This document shows positions 24,638 to 36,827 of a DNA stretch of 64,000 nucleotides, in pieces. The notes below the pieces were generated by a model, which saw nothing but the letters and a program-made list of their open reading frames with translations, was not told where the DNA came from and did not search any database. The stretch is from contig NC_058368.1 of NCBI RefSeq assembly GCF_018350175.1, positions 210,182,001 to 210,246,000 on the forward strand. The letters are read 5' to 3'. How positions within the stretch are numbered: position 1 is the first letter of the stretch; each line of letters starts with the position of its first letter. This DNA is from Felis catus. Taxonomy: Eukaryota. The position numbers and the translations under genes were made by a program.

Positions 24638-24883
24638 AATAAGATAAAAAGAGAGAGGGAGACAAACCATAAGAGACTCTTAAATACAGAGAACAAACTG
24701 AGGGTTGCTGGAGGGGAGGTGGGTGGGGGGGATGGGCTAAATAGGTGATGGGCATTAAGGAGGGCACTTGTTGGGATGAGCCCTGGGTGTTATATGTAAG
24801 TGATGAACCATTAAATTCTACTCAGAGATCATTATTACACCATATGTTAACTAACTTGGATTAAATAAAATAAAATTAAAAAT
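24638..24883 (+). mobile_element. Carnivore L1 3' end
   Basis: gagggagacaaaccataagagactc..gatgggctaaataggtgatgggcattaaggagggcacttg, A-rich tail. Confidence 0.85.
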
Positions 24884-25246
24884 AAAATGCTTTTCCCAAT
24901 ATCTCTAACATATAAAGATTATCCTATTAATATTGGATTATTTCCACTTTTTCATTGACTTGGGTGAGAATATTTCAAAACGGTGTAGCTAAATTTTTAT
25001 TTAGTTGGGAATTAATTATCCGACTGCTAGCTTAGCCTTTTCTACCTTTTCTCTGATGTTCCCCTTTTTTAAATTACTTTGAATATTAAATTATTATTCA
25101 TTATTTATTGACATACATTGGATAGACAACAAAAGAAAGCAGTATAAATGTGCACAATGAAAGTAAGTATTTCCTGGTATCATCAAGCATGATGAGGTTT
25201 GAGTTGAGAGGAGATTAAGACAAGCCATGGACATAAACGGACTCAC

Positions 25247-25374
25247 ATGGTTGGGGCCCGTGTGGGTCCCACAGAGCTCACCTACAGCGCATACTAGGGA
25301 TGCAATGTGGACCCCGGAGTACATCGGCCTACAGATAGACAGCTGTATGTCTAAGTTTCTCATCATGCAGAACA
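25247..25374 (-). pseudogene. GREB1-like pseudo-exon (N-terminal domain)
   Basis: polyT..aaag|VFCMMRNLDIQLSICRPM..SLVCAVGELCGTHTGPNH|gtgagt (GREB1 GFCQAGKDLRLVSISNEPM..LLVCAVDKRFLPDDNGHN). Confidence 0.7.
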
Positions 25375-25870
25375 CTTTTACCATTAAAAAAAAAAAAAAA
25401 AGTCTCCAGGACGAAAAACCCAAATTAGACAAATGCACATTCAAGTATCACTGACAAGATGCATTGGTCATGCCTTTGCTCTGGAGGTCTCTGGTGGCTA
25501 AGAGCATTGGCCACTTGCGGAGGAGGAGAGTAGAAATTAGAGACTGACAGAGGCTGTGCTGGAAAAGCAAGAAGATAAGGGCTGGGCAGCCCCTGGTTGA
25601 TCACACGGCCTGAAGAGTGATGGGCATGACACGTGTTTGGACTGGTTTCAACTAGTGCTGTCACAGCTGTGAAATATTTTAAATATTATCCCTGGAAGTA
25701 CCTATCTCAGTTTTCCCTTCATTTCTCAATATCTGCAGATGAGTAAGAGTTAACAGATGTTTTTATGCTTTACATAAATCTACTAAACCATTTGACTATT
25801 TCATGTGCTAAGGTTTAACATGGCTTTATCCATATATTTTAAATAGCAAATGCTTATTTCTTTTCCTTAG

Positions 25871-25955
25871 ATGTCAACCAAATGAAGAGAAGTATTCTTT
25901 TAAAAGCTGCAGTTCTGATTTCGTGTTTGGAGAAAACATGGTAGAAAGAGTTTTG
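25871..25955 (+). CDS. RANBP3L: RANBP3L exon 8
   Basis: ccttag|..|gtaaga; CQPNEEKYSFKSCSSDFVFGENMVERVL (FxFG motif). Confidence 0.94.
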
Positions 25956-26736
25956 GTAAGATTTTGGCAAAGGTGTCTATTATATAAAAAGCTGTCGGGG
26001 CGCCTGGGTGGCGCAGTCGGTTAAGCCTCCGACTTCAGCCAGGTCATGATCTCGCGGTCTGTGAGTTCGAGCCCCGAGTCAGGCTCTGGGCTGATGGCTC
26101 GGAGCCTGGAGCCTGTTTCCGATTCTGTGTCTCCCTCTCTCTCTGCCCCTCCCCCGTTCATGCTCTGTCTCTCTCTGTCCCAAAAATAAATAAAAACGTT
26201 GAAAAAAAAATTAAAAAAAAAAAAAAGCTGTCACTTCAAGTTTCTGGAGGCAAATTAATTAAAACAATGTTAAATTGGATCATACTTTAACTCCTGAGTT
26301 CAAAGGCACATTTTCTTTCTTTAATGGAAATGTTCTCCTGGGAAGCAAGTTCTAGTTGTTAGAATCATAGACAGGAACCCGCAGAGGAAGGGGATTGTTT
26401 AATTATAACATTATTACTGATGAGAAATATTAAATAGTTCTTTCACGTGTGTTAACTGAAGGTATGCATGGAAATCCCAGAATCATCTGCAATAGACAAG
26501 CTCAACTGGTAACGATATTTTAATGTAGGTTTTTGATAGCCTTTTTCATAATATGGTGCATTTAAAACTATTTATTTATTTTTTCTTATTAACTACAACC
26601 CTCCCCTTAGAGCTTTTATAGTGAAAAACATCATTATAACTTTTTTTTTTTTTGCTAGCCTTAAGAGGAAAATAATAAGACTTTAACTTGCCTAGGGAAA
26701 CATCCTTGTCAAGTGGAAACGCCTAACTAGTATTAC

Positions 26737-26985
26737 TATCATCCTTATCTAATATCGAGCATCCTCCTCCAAGAGGCCATTGCTGCCCCATCCTCCACAG
26801 AGCATGTTTGTAAAGCACAGCAGGGAAGTAGACAGCAAAGTGAAGGCTGTGCACCTGGTCCATCACACCTTCATGCTGCTTTCACCCAGACCAGGGTCTT
26901 GGTTGACATAGGCCAAGGTGACCAGTTTATCTTGTGGCTACTAGTTCTATGGAGGATCCAGAGGAGGCTACAAAGGTTTTAAAAC
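26737..26985 (-). pseudogene. GREB1-like pseudo-exon
   Basis: tttacacag|GFKTF..WPLGGGCSIL (GREB1 HPLPEGCCTT); donor at 26737 (gtaata) or a mutated one at 26749. Confidence 0.55.
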
Positions 26986-27211
26986 CTGTGTAAAGGCTCA
27001 GAATAACAAAAGGACCAAGTCATGAGGTCAGTCTATTCTAAGTTTCTTAGGGCTTTCACAAATCAATCACTTTGAAGACCTTGTTTATGCCATACCTGCC
27101 TCAGGCCGAACCCCAATCCCAAGAGTAGTATCATAGCTTTTCAGCTCAGAGGCACCATCCTTCACTCTCAAGATGAAAGTCAACTCCACAGTTCTAGAGC
27201 TATTGACTCAC

Positions 27212-27329
27212 CTCTTTGGATCTGAACCAGAATGGACCAACTTCTAGAGGGAAGTCCCGGGCAATACATTCAGGCACATTTCTTCCAAACCATTTATTCC
27301 CAAATTTGGCACTAGATTAGTCACAGCTT
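27212..27329 (-). pseudogene. GREB1-like pseudo-exon
   Basis: cttatag|..|gtgagt; phase 0 to 1 fits neighbours; reading frame uncertain. Confidence 0.5.
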
Positions 27330-27997
27330 CTATAAGATGTCACAGACACAAATAAAACATTTCCCAAGCCTCACAGGATCAACTTTAACATTCAATTCAA
27401 TTCAACAAACATGTTTTGTGTTCTCATGACATCTAAAGCATTGGCATTGGTCTCAGCTTTGGCTGCGTGTTAACAATCATCTGGTGAGCCACTAAAGGAT
27501 TTCTTAGGGCATCTCCACAAACAGATTAGATCAGAGTCTCTGTGGGTGAGGGTAGGTGTTAGGTGACTTGAATGTACAACCAGGATTGAAAAACATCTGG
27601 GTAAGTGGTTATACAAAGCTAAGGGAGCCACTGTGCTCTAAAGGTGTTTATAATCTAAGGGGAGACAGAGAGATCCCTGAACAAATGAACTACAGTTGGG
27701 ATTGTAAATTTGGTTTAGGGAGGTACTTGTGTATATTTCCTATGGGCACTTTAAATCTGGCTTGTGAAGGAAACTGTACTTCCTGTATTTTAAGTTGATA
27801 ACATCTGAGGACAGCAGGAGCTATAGAGATCACTTGTATTTGTCCTCTAGTTAATCCTATAATCCTGTGGCCTTGTGATTTGGTGGTCAGAATGCCTTCC
27901 TGATTTGTTTGCTGACCATGTGCTTTTCAAGGGGGTCATTAAACTTTCTGAGCCTTAGTGTTTATTTTCTTCAAATGGAAATAATCACACCCGTCTT

Positions 27998-29068
27998 GGG
28001 TGCCTGGGTGGCTCAGTCGGTTAAGCATCTGGCTTCGGCTCAGGTCATGATCTCGCAGTGTCTGAGTTCGAGCCCCACATCAGGCTCTGTACTGACAACT
28101 CAGAGCCTGGAGCCTGCTTTGGATTCTGTGTCTCCCTCTCTCTGCCCCTCTTCCGCTCACCTCTGTCTCTCTCTCTCTCTTAAAAATAAACATTAAAAAA
28201 TTTTTAAAAAATCACACCCAACTCTACCGATTTTAACAGAATATCTTAATGTCCAGTTAAATAATGTGGAAGAATTTTGAGTTCATAAAGGAAAAGATAG
28301 AAACCTAAATTCTGAAGTACTGTTCCAATTCTCCCTGTTCTCCAGGGGGCTCTCCAGTATCAGAAATGGCATGGCTGACTCAGTTTTTTTTCACAGGCCT
28401 TGATTATAGCACATACACAAAGCCCCATGTGTGCAGCCTTAAAAGCAATTGTTGGCGGAAATTGTCTTGGGAAAGGGGCCCCTGGGTGGCTCAGTCGGTT
28501 GAGCATCCAACTTTGGCTAGGTCATGATCTCACGGTTGGTGAGTTTGAGCCCCATATTGGGCTCTCTGCTCTCAGTGTAGAGCCTACTTCGGATCCTCTG
28601 TCTCCCTCTCTCTCTGCCCCTCCCCTGCTCATGCTCTCTCTCTCTCTCAAAGATAAATCATTTTAAAAAAGAATATCCTTAAAAAAAAATAAATTGTCTT
28701 GGGAGAAAAATTACAATTCTTTCTGTAAAGATGAGCTCTGAGACAGCTAGTGCGTTCTTTGGACAACTTTATCTATTTATTCATTCATTCATATGAAGTG
28801 GGTATAAAGTGAAGTGCTGGGAATACTGAAATACCTTGAAACAGAAATAAGGGACACCTGGGTGGCTCAGCTGGTTAAGCGTTCGACTTTGACTCAAGTC
28901 ATGATCTCATGGCTCATGAGTTCGAGCCCCACACAGGGCTCTCTCCTGTCAGCACAGAGCCTTGTTCAGATCCTCTGCCCCACCCCTCTCTCTGCCCCTC
29001 CCTTGCTCTTTCTCTCTCTCTGCCTCTCAAAAATAAATAAGTAAACATTAAAACAAAAAGAAAAGAAA
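27998..29068 (+). mobile_element. Cluster of three Can-SINEs (27998-28211, 28475-28690, 28851-29068)
   Basis: SINE heads, CT tracts, A tails. Confidence 0.9.
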
Positions 29069-29078
29069 TGATAGTTAC

Positions 29079-29315
29079 GTCTCCTTCTAGGCATCAGGTT
29101 AGTCTGGTGGGAGCATGGAACAGCTGCTACCTCCTTCTTGGTCTCTAAACCGTCTCCCTTTGTCCCTGGAACTAGATCCCACCTGAAATAAGCTGGTGGT
29201 AACTAGATTATGCTTCCTGAGGATGAGAACCAGGGTCCTCTGATGATAGGAAGGATTTCCCCATTCAGCACACAGGGAGTCCAAAACAAAAACAGAGCAG
29301 TTGAGTTCATTTGCC
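29079..29315 (-). pseudogene. GREB1-like pseudo-exon with start codon (ATG at 29264)
   Basis: ttcaacag|..ATG; MGKSF..HQLISGGI..TV*RPRRR*QLF (GREB1 MGNSY..HNSIEASL..LVPRPIFSQLY); donor gtaact; 5 stops. Confidence 0.65.
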
Positions 29316-29401
29316 CTGTTGAAGTGGAACAAAGGTATCTTTTGGCTTACTGCAGATATATGGGGATACAATTAAGTAATACATCTTTTTCCTTCACCTA
29401 G

Positions 29402-29504
29402 GATATTCAACATCTCACCCAATCTCAACCTGAAAATGATTCATACACCAAGGAACAACCATTCAAATCCGTACTAGAATTTCCTGTCAACTCTCTAAAT
29501 TCAA
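29402..29504 (+). CDS. RANBP3L: RANBP3L exon 9
   Basis: cacctag|..|gtaaga; DIQHLTQSQPENDSYTKEQPFKSVLEFPVNSLNS. Confidence 0.92.
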
Positions 29505-29865
29505 GTAAGAATTATTTGATTTGTAAAAAATGTGATTCAACTATTATATTTCCTGTGTTTCCATGTCATCTGTTCAATAGCTATAAAATACAAAACCAGT
29601 AATGCAACACTTTAAAACTTTTTGGCAAAGATTAAAGCATAGAAAATATTGTTGTATGATACATAAGCATTAAAATTTTTTTTACTTAAGGATATGAGGA
29701 ATCATTAAAGAGATTTATCTAAACTCAAGTAGTTTCATATTTTTGGTAACACTCATTATTATAAAAAGCTAAGGAGACGTGTATATTAATGGGGACAACA
29801 AGGAACTTTTACAGTAGAGAAAATGGGGTCTTTACGTGTCTTTTCCCATTTTTTCTTACAAACAG

Positions 29866-29990
29866 ACTCTATTAAAAATATATCCCTAATCGAATCAGCT
29901 GCTGCTTTCTCTTCTAAGCCATCACCCAAATGTTTGCTGCAGAAAATTGATGTTGTAACAGGGGAGGAAGCTGAACATAATGTGTTGAAG
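29866..29990 (+). CDS. RANBP3L: RANBP3L exon 10 (shifted acceptor)
   Basis: ttacaaacag|AC TCT ATT..AAG|gtctgt; (N)SIKNISLIESAAAF..TGEEAEHNVLK; this first AG after the pyrimidine tract keeps phase. Confidence 0.88.
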
Positions 29991-31375
29991 GTCTGTATAT
30001 CACACATTGCTCTTTCTGGGAGCACGTACATACACGAAACCAAGTTTCTATCAGCAGAAGCACTTTTAAAAATAAAGGCAGAAGTATAGTTTTCATGAAG
30101 ACTGAGCTGCTTAACTAAACATGCTAGACACTTCCAAAGATTAAGCCAATATTTTGTTGTATTCTTATTTTTGTACGGGTAATTTTCAGGAAAATGTGTT
30201 ACTGGGGTTTACAACCATTCACATTAGTCTCTTAGAAAGAAGACAGCCAGGGACCCTGTCTTAAAAGAACTTCAGACCTACATTTTATACTTTACATGCC
30301 TGTGTTTATAATCAGTGCTGTTATTGTGTGATTTAAAAGTTCTACTTACGCTGGACATTTTTAAATGATAAGATGAATAGATTTCAGTTCAAGATAAAAA
30401 AAATTCTGGTTTCCTTTGAAAAGTTCTTTTAAATAAGTTTTGAATTTCATATAAAGCAAGAATTTCACACACGTAGTATATAGTATCATGCATAGGATTT
30501 GAATGTTGAGTGACGTAGCCATCAGCGTAGGCACATGAAATAAGGTAGTCATTTTCCAACAAGGAACAGATTTCCCTTTCTTTTTATCCATCTGTTTTTA
30601 CCCCCAAATCTCTCCATTTCTCTTCTCTTCTCCCATGGTTTACTGATACATTTACTATACAAGTGTGCTTCAAAGCATAATTCTCAGATCGGGTTTAATC
30701 ACAATTCATTGAAGTAGCTGCTAGCAGTGAGGCCCTGGAATGCTATATTTTTGACAAGTCATGTGGGATTCTTTTCCACAGTAATATTTAATTCTGGTAA
30801 GCATTAAATTATAGTATGGTGCTCCATGGTACCACATCCTAGTTCTGATGCTGCATTCTTTGAAAAATTTTAGGCATACAAATACTTGCACTATTCCTTT
30901 GCTTACAAATAAAGTTACTTAACTTGAATAACATTAAATTTCATTTAAAATGTGGTACATATAAATATATTTGTTAAGTGGAAAAGCAAGATGCAGAAAG
31001 TATGTATGATGTTCTACTGTTTATAGAAAAAATAGGGGACATAGGCACTGGCATGTATATAAACACAAATATCTCTGGAAGGATAAACAAAATATTAGCA
31101 ATAGCGATCACCTGATCACAGGGGGTAGAAATCGACAGACGAAGAACAAAGGTTGGGAAGGACTTTTAATTTTGTACATCTTTTTGCTTTTTGATATTTG
31201 AACTATTCAAAAATTGTATGTTTTAAAAGTTAAATAAATTTTTTAAGCTGGTTTACAAATCATTAACCAAGGTTATTCTGGTAAAAATCAGGCAAATAAA
31301 AGTGTTGTAGCATAGAAAGAAATCATTTTAAGATAAATTTTTATATATTTGACATTTCAAAAAATTGTCCTTTAG

Positions 31376-31496
31376 ATCAACTGCAAGCTTTTTATATTCA
31401 ACAAAACAACACAGTCCTGGACTGAAAGGGGCAGAGGAGCTTTGAGGCTGAATGACACAGCAAGCAGTGACTGTGGAACATTCCAGTCGAGACTAA
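31376..31496 (+). CDS. RANBP3L: RANBP3L exon 11 (RanBD1)
   Basis: ctttag|..|gtaagg; INCKLFIFNKTTQSWTERGRGALRLND..QSRL. Confidence 0.96.
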
Positions 31497-32926
31497 GTAA
31501 GGAATCATTTTGTAAAGCAACCTGCCATTTCTCAGGGTAAAATTTCCAATAGGCACACATCATTTTCTGGAGATGTGTTATAAAATGGTCAACAAATCAC
31601 TGTTGAAAACAATATTGTTTCTAATGTGCTGTAGGATCTTCCTGTTTAGAGCAGGCTCTGATGTCAAACTACACAGGTTCGGTTCTGCCTCTATCACTGA
31701 CTAATTGGTGACCTTGGGCAAGTTAATCTCCCCACAGCCTAGTTACATCAGCTTAAAATGGGGATAGTAGTACTCCATGACTTATTGAGCAATTGTGAGA
31801 ATTCAGTGAGATAATGCACCTATGACACAGCCCAGTGCACCCCTAAATAGTAATCTCGGTAATATTGAAAGCAATATGATGATATTTTTGAAGGGAAAAT
31901 GGTTTTTCCTAAAAAGGATATTTGCTCTATATTTCATTCTTGGCATTCTAAGCATGTTGCGTGGGGCGAGATGAAGTCAGTTTCCAAGGAAATTAAGGTG
32001 TGTGGTTATTGAATCCTGTGTGTGTTTACTGACATCCACAGTGATGGTAGGAATCTGGAGTCAGTCAGACTGAGAGGCTCTCAAAGTTTTTGGCATCTGA
32101 AAAGACGCACTGGGCATTGTTCAGAGGCCCAAACCGAAAGTGAGCATAGGCAGAGATCTGGGCGGGGTGTGTAGGTTTACTGGCCAACATTGGGCAATCA
32201 GAGCTGTGGAAGGAAACACTGGAAGAAGTGGGATCCGTGTATATGGATTTTTATTGAGTTTCAGATATCAAGCTCAAGAAACCAGTAAGGAATAGAATTC
32301 ACACTGAGAGAATAGGAACCGTGTTTTCAGTTCTATAACTGGCAAACAGGTTTCTAAATAACCCAACGAAGGCAGGTGCTAGTTGTTTTCTACTCTTGTT
32401 CAATGCCACTCTGGCCACTGCCTGCCAAAATTTACAATGCATGGTATTTACACTGTTGTGTAACCTGATTTTACTTTTTACATAGTATATACCATGACCA
32501 CCTTTCTACGTCAGTAATGATCTTTCTTTAATATTCTTAATGGGTTTGTAATATTATCTTGAATAGCCATGTCATCATTTATTTAGCTAATTCCATTTTT
32601 TGAATGCTTAAGGTTTTGCTTCTGTTTTCTCCATTTTGGATAAATATTCTTCAGACCACTAAGTCCTCAAAGGGATTCTAAAATTGTAATCATTGTTTAT
32701 TATAGTAAAAAAATAATTCCAGCTTTTAAGCTAAAAATGGTCTTCCAACCTAGTAAAGCCAATTTGAAAACCAACTTATAATCAAGCCAAATTACAATTT
32801 AATAGTGAAAATACAGTCTGAAAAACAACTAGAGGATTTACTTCACTTTCAAAAATGGCAAGTTCCCCGGGGAAGGTTAAGGAATCAACTATTCTATAGT
32901 CTTATATATTCACCTTCCTGTTTTAG

Positions 32927-33069
32927 TTATGCGCAATCAAGGCAGCCTGAGGCTGATTCTCAATAGCAAACTCTGGGCTCAAATGGAGATTCAAAGAGCG
33001 AACCACAAAAATTTACGAATAACAGCTACTGATTTAGAAGACTATAACATCAAAGTGTTTTTAATTCAG
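32927..33069 (+). CDS. RANBP3L: RANBP3L exon 12 (RanBD1)
   Basis: ttttag|..|gtaagt; IMRNQGSLRLILNSKLWAQM..IKVFLIQ. Confidence 0.96.
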
Positions 33070-35997
33070 GTAAGTAACAAATTTCAGTGATAGAGGATTA
33101 TCCTACTATATTTATAGATCTCTGCAATTGCTGATTTTTTTTCACTGTATTATAATAACTTGCACCATTGGCCAAAAACAAAAAAACAAAAAACCAGCCA
33201 TTTATTTTGGTTGTTTACAGTTTAACATGAGACCTAAATTTTAAATGAAATTTACAGATTAACACCAAAATCTGTAGTAACCAATTGGCATGTGTCCCAA
33301 GACATTTGTATTGATATATGCTTCAAACCTTCACATTTTTTTTTTCCATTGAAATTATGTCAACAATCTTACAAAGTTACCAAAGGGACCGTTGTCAAGA
33401 TTGGCTCCTAGGAGTCCAGTGGAATACATAGCCCAGTGCTTACACTGAATGCTGAAACTGAGAAGGCTTTGAGATCACTGGAAAGGACCCCCTGAGAAAT
33501 GGAAAAACACAGGGCTAGTAAGTTAAAACAACCAGTCCAACAGCAAATTCCAATTCTGGACATGTGTCAGTCGCCAAGGTAACAGGATGGGAGCACAGCT
33601 TTAGCTCTTCCTGGCAGCAGGAATGCTTGACCTCAAATACAAAATCCAGGCACAAGAGAGAGAGAGAGCTGGCAGGGATCAGGCTAGAAAAAAAGTCTAG
33701 GTTTCCCACATGAGCTGAGACCCAGAAGACTGGAGAAGACTGGGTACTTACGTGACTCAGGCGGAAAGTAACAATGCAAGTAAATAAACTTCCATACAGT
33801 AATGGAAAAAAAGTTGGCAAGTGCCCAGTGATGAAAAACCAAAAGTTTTATTAACTACCAATAAGTGCACTGTTAGGTATAAGTGATACTGAGTATTAAG
33901 ATGTTAGAGTAAGATAATGCCCAAACCCTGTTTACCATTTAGGGAGACAGACAATACCTGATATCCCGCCAGGCTGGATCTCCTGGTTTTGAGTGAGTAA
34001 AGCAGCCCGCTGCCACTGTCACTGAGATTGAGACTATTAGTTATGATGAGATTCTGCTGCTCAATGTCTGACCCGCACTGACCCTGTAAACTGTAGGATA
34101 TTTGCTAAATAAACCAAATTTAGTTTGCTAAATGCAAATAAAAATCACCCCAAATTCCATTCCCAGAGACGATCACTATTAACATTTTTGTCATTTCAGC
34201 ATACGTGTGTGTGTACATATGTATATAATGTGCCAACTGTATGATCTTCAGGCAGGTTATATAGATTCCTTAACTTGATTTTACTCATCTGCCCAATAAA
34301 GATTATAATGATACACTTTATAAAATGGTTGGGTAGATTCGATTGCTAATACTTGATTATGAAGTACACATGCGTAACCTTTTCACTCATCAATGAAAAT
34401 GAGTGTTTTCGTGTCATTAGTCATTAAAGGTGAAAAGAATTCTATTCTGCACCATAATTTATTCCATTAATCTTGCTTTGTTAAATACTTATGTAATTTG
34501 CTGTCTTTCACTATTATAAATTCCACAAGAAAGATGTGAGGAATTCTCTTTGTACACGTGTTAATTTTCTTGGGAAAAGGCTTGACTTGTCTTGACAAAT
34601 TTCTCTTCAGAAAGACTGAACCAGTTTTCATTCTCGCCAGCATTTTCTTATGGTACTTCCTGGGAATTATAATTTTTTTTTTATTTTTTTTTCAACGTTT
34701 ATTTATTTTTGGGACAGAGAGAGACAGAGCATGAACGGGAGAGGGGCAGAGAGAGAGGGAGACACAGAATCGGAAACAGGCTCCAGGCTCTGAGCCATCA
34801 TCAGCACAGAGCCCGACGCGGGGCTCGAACTCCCGGACCGCGAGATCGTGACCTGGCTGAAGTCGGACGCTTAACCGACTGCGCCACCCAGGCGCCCCGG
34901 AATTATAATTTTTTTAAGCATTGAGAATTTGTTATCTGAAAAATATGTCATTGTGATTTTATTTTTAACTTCTTGTTCTGAATTTCTTGAATGAATATAT
35001 CTAAATGAATTTAGCCAAAGGCAATATATTGACTAATGAAAGGCATATTTAAATTTTAATATTAGAAAGTGAAGGTGGTAGAGTAGCATTTATATTTTAA
35101 ATACTTTCAATATTTATTAACGTACTAAAGAAAAATGACATCTTTGCACATAATGTAAAAAATTAAATCAGTCAAGAGTCAACATTTATTTACTCAACAA
35201 CCTCTATAGATTATTTAGCACAATATGAGAAACAAAAATACTTTATTTAATTTATAGTTATTTTTTGCCCCAAAGTAGTTAAGGGAACTTAAGAACATGC
35301 AAATGAAAAAAAATATAATTGAAGACCCTTCTCCCAAACAGTTGGCATGTAGTTTGTTCTTGCTTTGAAAAGTTTGATAGCTTTCTGGAGGGTTAGCAAA
35401 GAGAATAATTTACCTACCTTCTCTTTGATACTGTGAAAACATACAAAAATGTAAACCACTGCCATGTTACCTTAAAAGAGCACTGACTCTGATGACAAAG
35501 GTCTGGGATTCGAGCCCAGCAGATTTGCTGACTAGCTATGTAAATGCAGGCCAATCATTGTACCTTTCTGAGCCATATCTTCTCATCTGTAAAGGGACGT
35601 GGGAAGTAAGTATAAATTGAATACTTGTGCTAAGTGCTTTTGCTAATATAAATGGAATAAATGACTAACTCATAGTTTTGTTGTAAGTGTTGAATAAAAA
35701 AAGAACGTAGTAACCGTAAATGTTATACAAATGTGATTGTTACCACCATTTTTTATATTAACAGCAACTATTAAAAATAGCATAGAAAAGTACTGAAAGC
35801 AAAGACTTATGACGTGTTTATGATACAATATCATAAGGACGGCATGGACAGCGCATTGACTTCTATGATGCAATATTCGACTGCTTTAATGAGCTCTGCT
35901 TTTCCACAGAGCTGTGAGGCTTGTTGGGATGTCTAAACAAAGTGATGTAAAGGAAGTGGAGGTCTGTTATTCACCGAACCCTCTAATTTTCTATTAG

Positions 35998-36057
35998 AAA
36001 TAGAAAAATAGTAAAAAAATAGAAAATAGTAAAAAAATAGAAAAATAGTAAAATAGC
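35998..36057. repeat. Short tandem repeat, about 3 copies of an 18-19 bp unit
   Basis: aaatagaaaaatagtaaaa repeated. Confidence 0.8.
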
Positions 36058-36337
36058 GGAGGAGGGATAGTCTTGAATTCAAGTAGAAATTTTACATCAA
36101 AAATTTCATTTCTCAGCTTAAAACGCACAAATAGGGACCTGTTATAGAATTATTCACTTTTGGATTTAATTTGTTTGGTTCAGGATGTATGGCTTTTTAC
36201 CCTTTAACTTCTAGGGTTATTTATATCCTAGATTTCTGCCATATAATTCCTTCCTAAGAGTGAAAGATTAAAAATCTCTAAAACGTGGCTATTATTCAGT
36301 TATTTATATTCTTAACAACTTAATTTTCCTCATGCAG

Positions 36338-36527
36338 GCCAGTGCCAAAGATACAGGGTATCTGTACGCGGCAATACATCATCGGCTTGTTGCACTTCGA
36401 AGCTTTGGTAAACAGGAAGATGTAAACCAAGCGGAAAGCCAGTCAGATACAATCCTTCAACAATTAAACTGTGAAAGCTGTGATGAGGATGAGGATGATT
36501 TCATCAAAGCAACGAAGAATAGATCAG
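36338..36527 (+). CDS. RANBP3L: RANBP3L exon 13
   Basis: atgcag|..|gtaaat; ASAKDTGYLYAAIHHRLVAL..CDEDEDDF..RS. Confidence 0.95.
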
Positions 36528-36655
36528 GTAAATAATTTTTCTTTTGTTAGGTCGGAGGTATAAGAAAGAAATCTTCTACACAATCCTAATGTATGAAATT
36601 GTTTTGTTGTTGTTGTTGTTGTTTTTAATGGAACTGGTATGTTTAAAGTGGATGA

Positions 36656-36779
36656 GGGGGCGTTTGGGTGGCTCAGTCAATTGGGCATCCGGCTCTCAAT
36701 TTTGTCTCAGGTCATGATCCCAGGGTCATGGGATGGAGCCACGTGTCGGGTTCTGCACTGAGCGTGGAGCTTGGTTGGG

Positions 36780-36827
<48 letters not shown>

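Larger units (their letters stand above)
2945..29315 (-). pseudogene. Multi-exon unitary pseudogene, GREB1-family-like, antisense to and interleaved with RANBP3L
   Basis: About 17 AG..GT-bounded segments with mostly consistent splice phases; translation collinear with remembered GREB1 motifs; more than 30 stops, frameshifts and SINE insertions. Confidence 0.8.
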
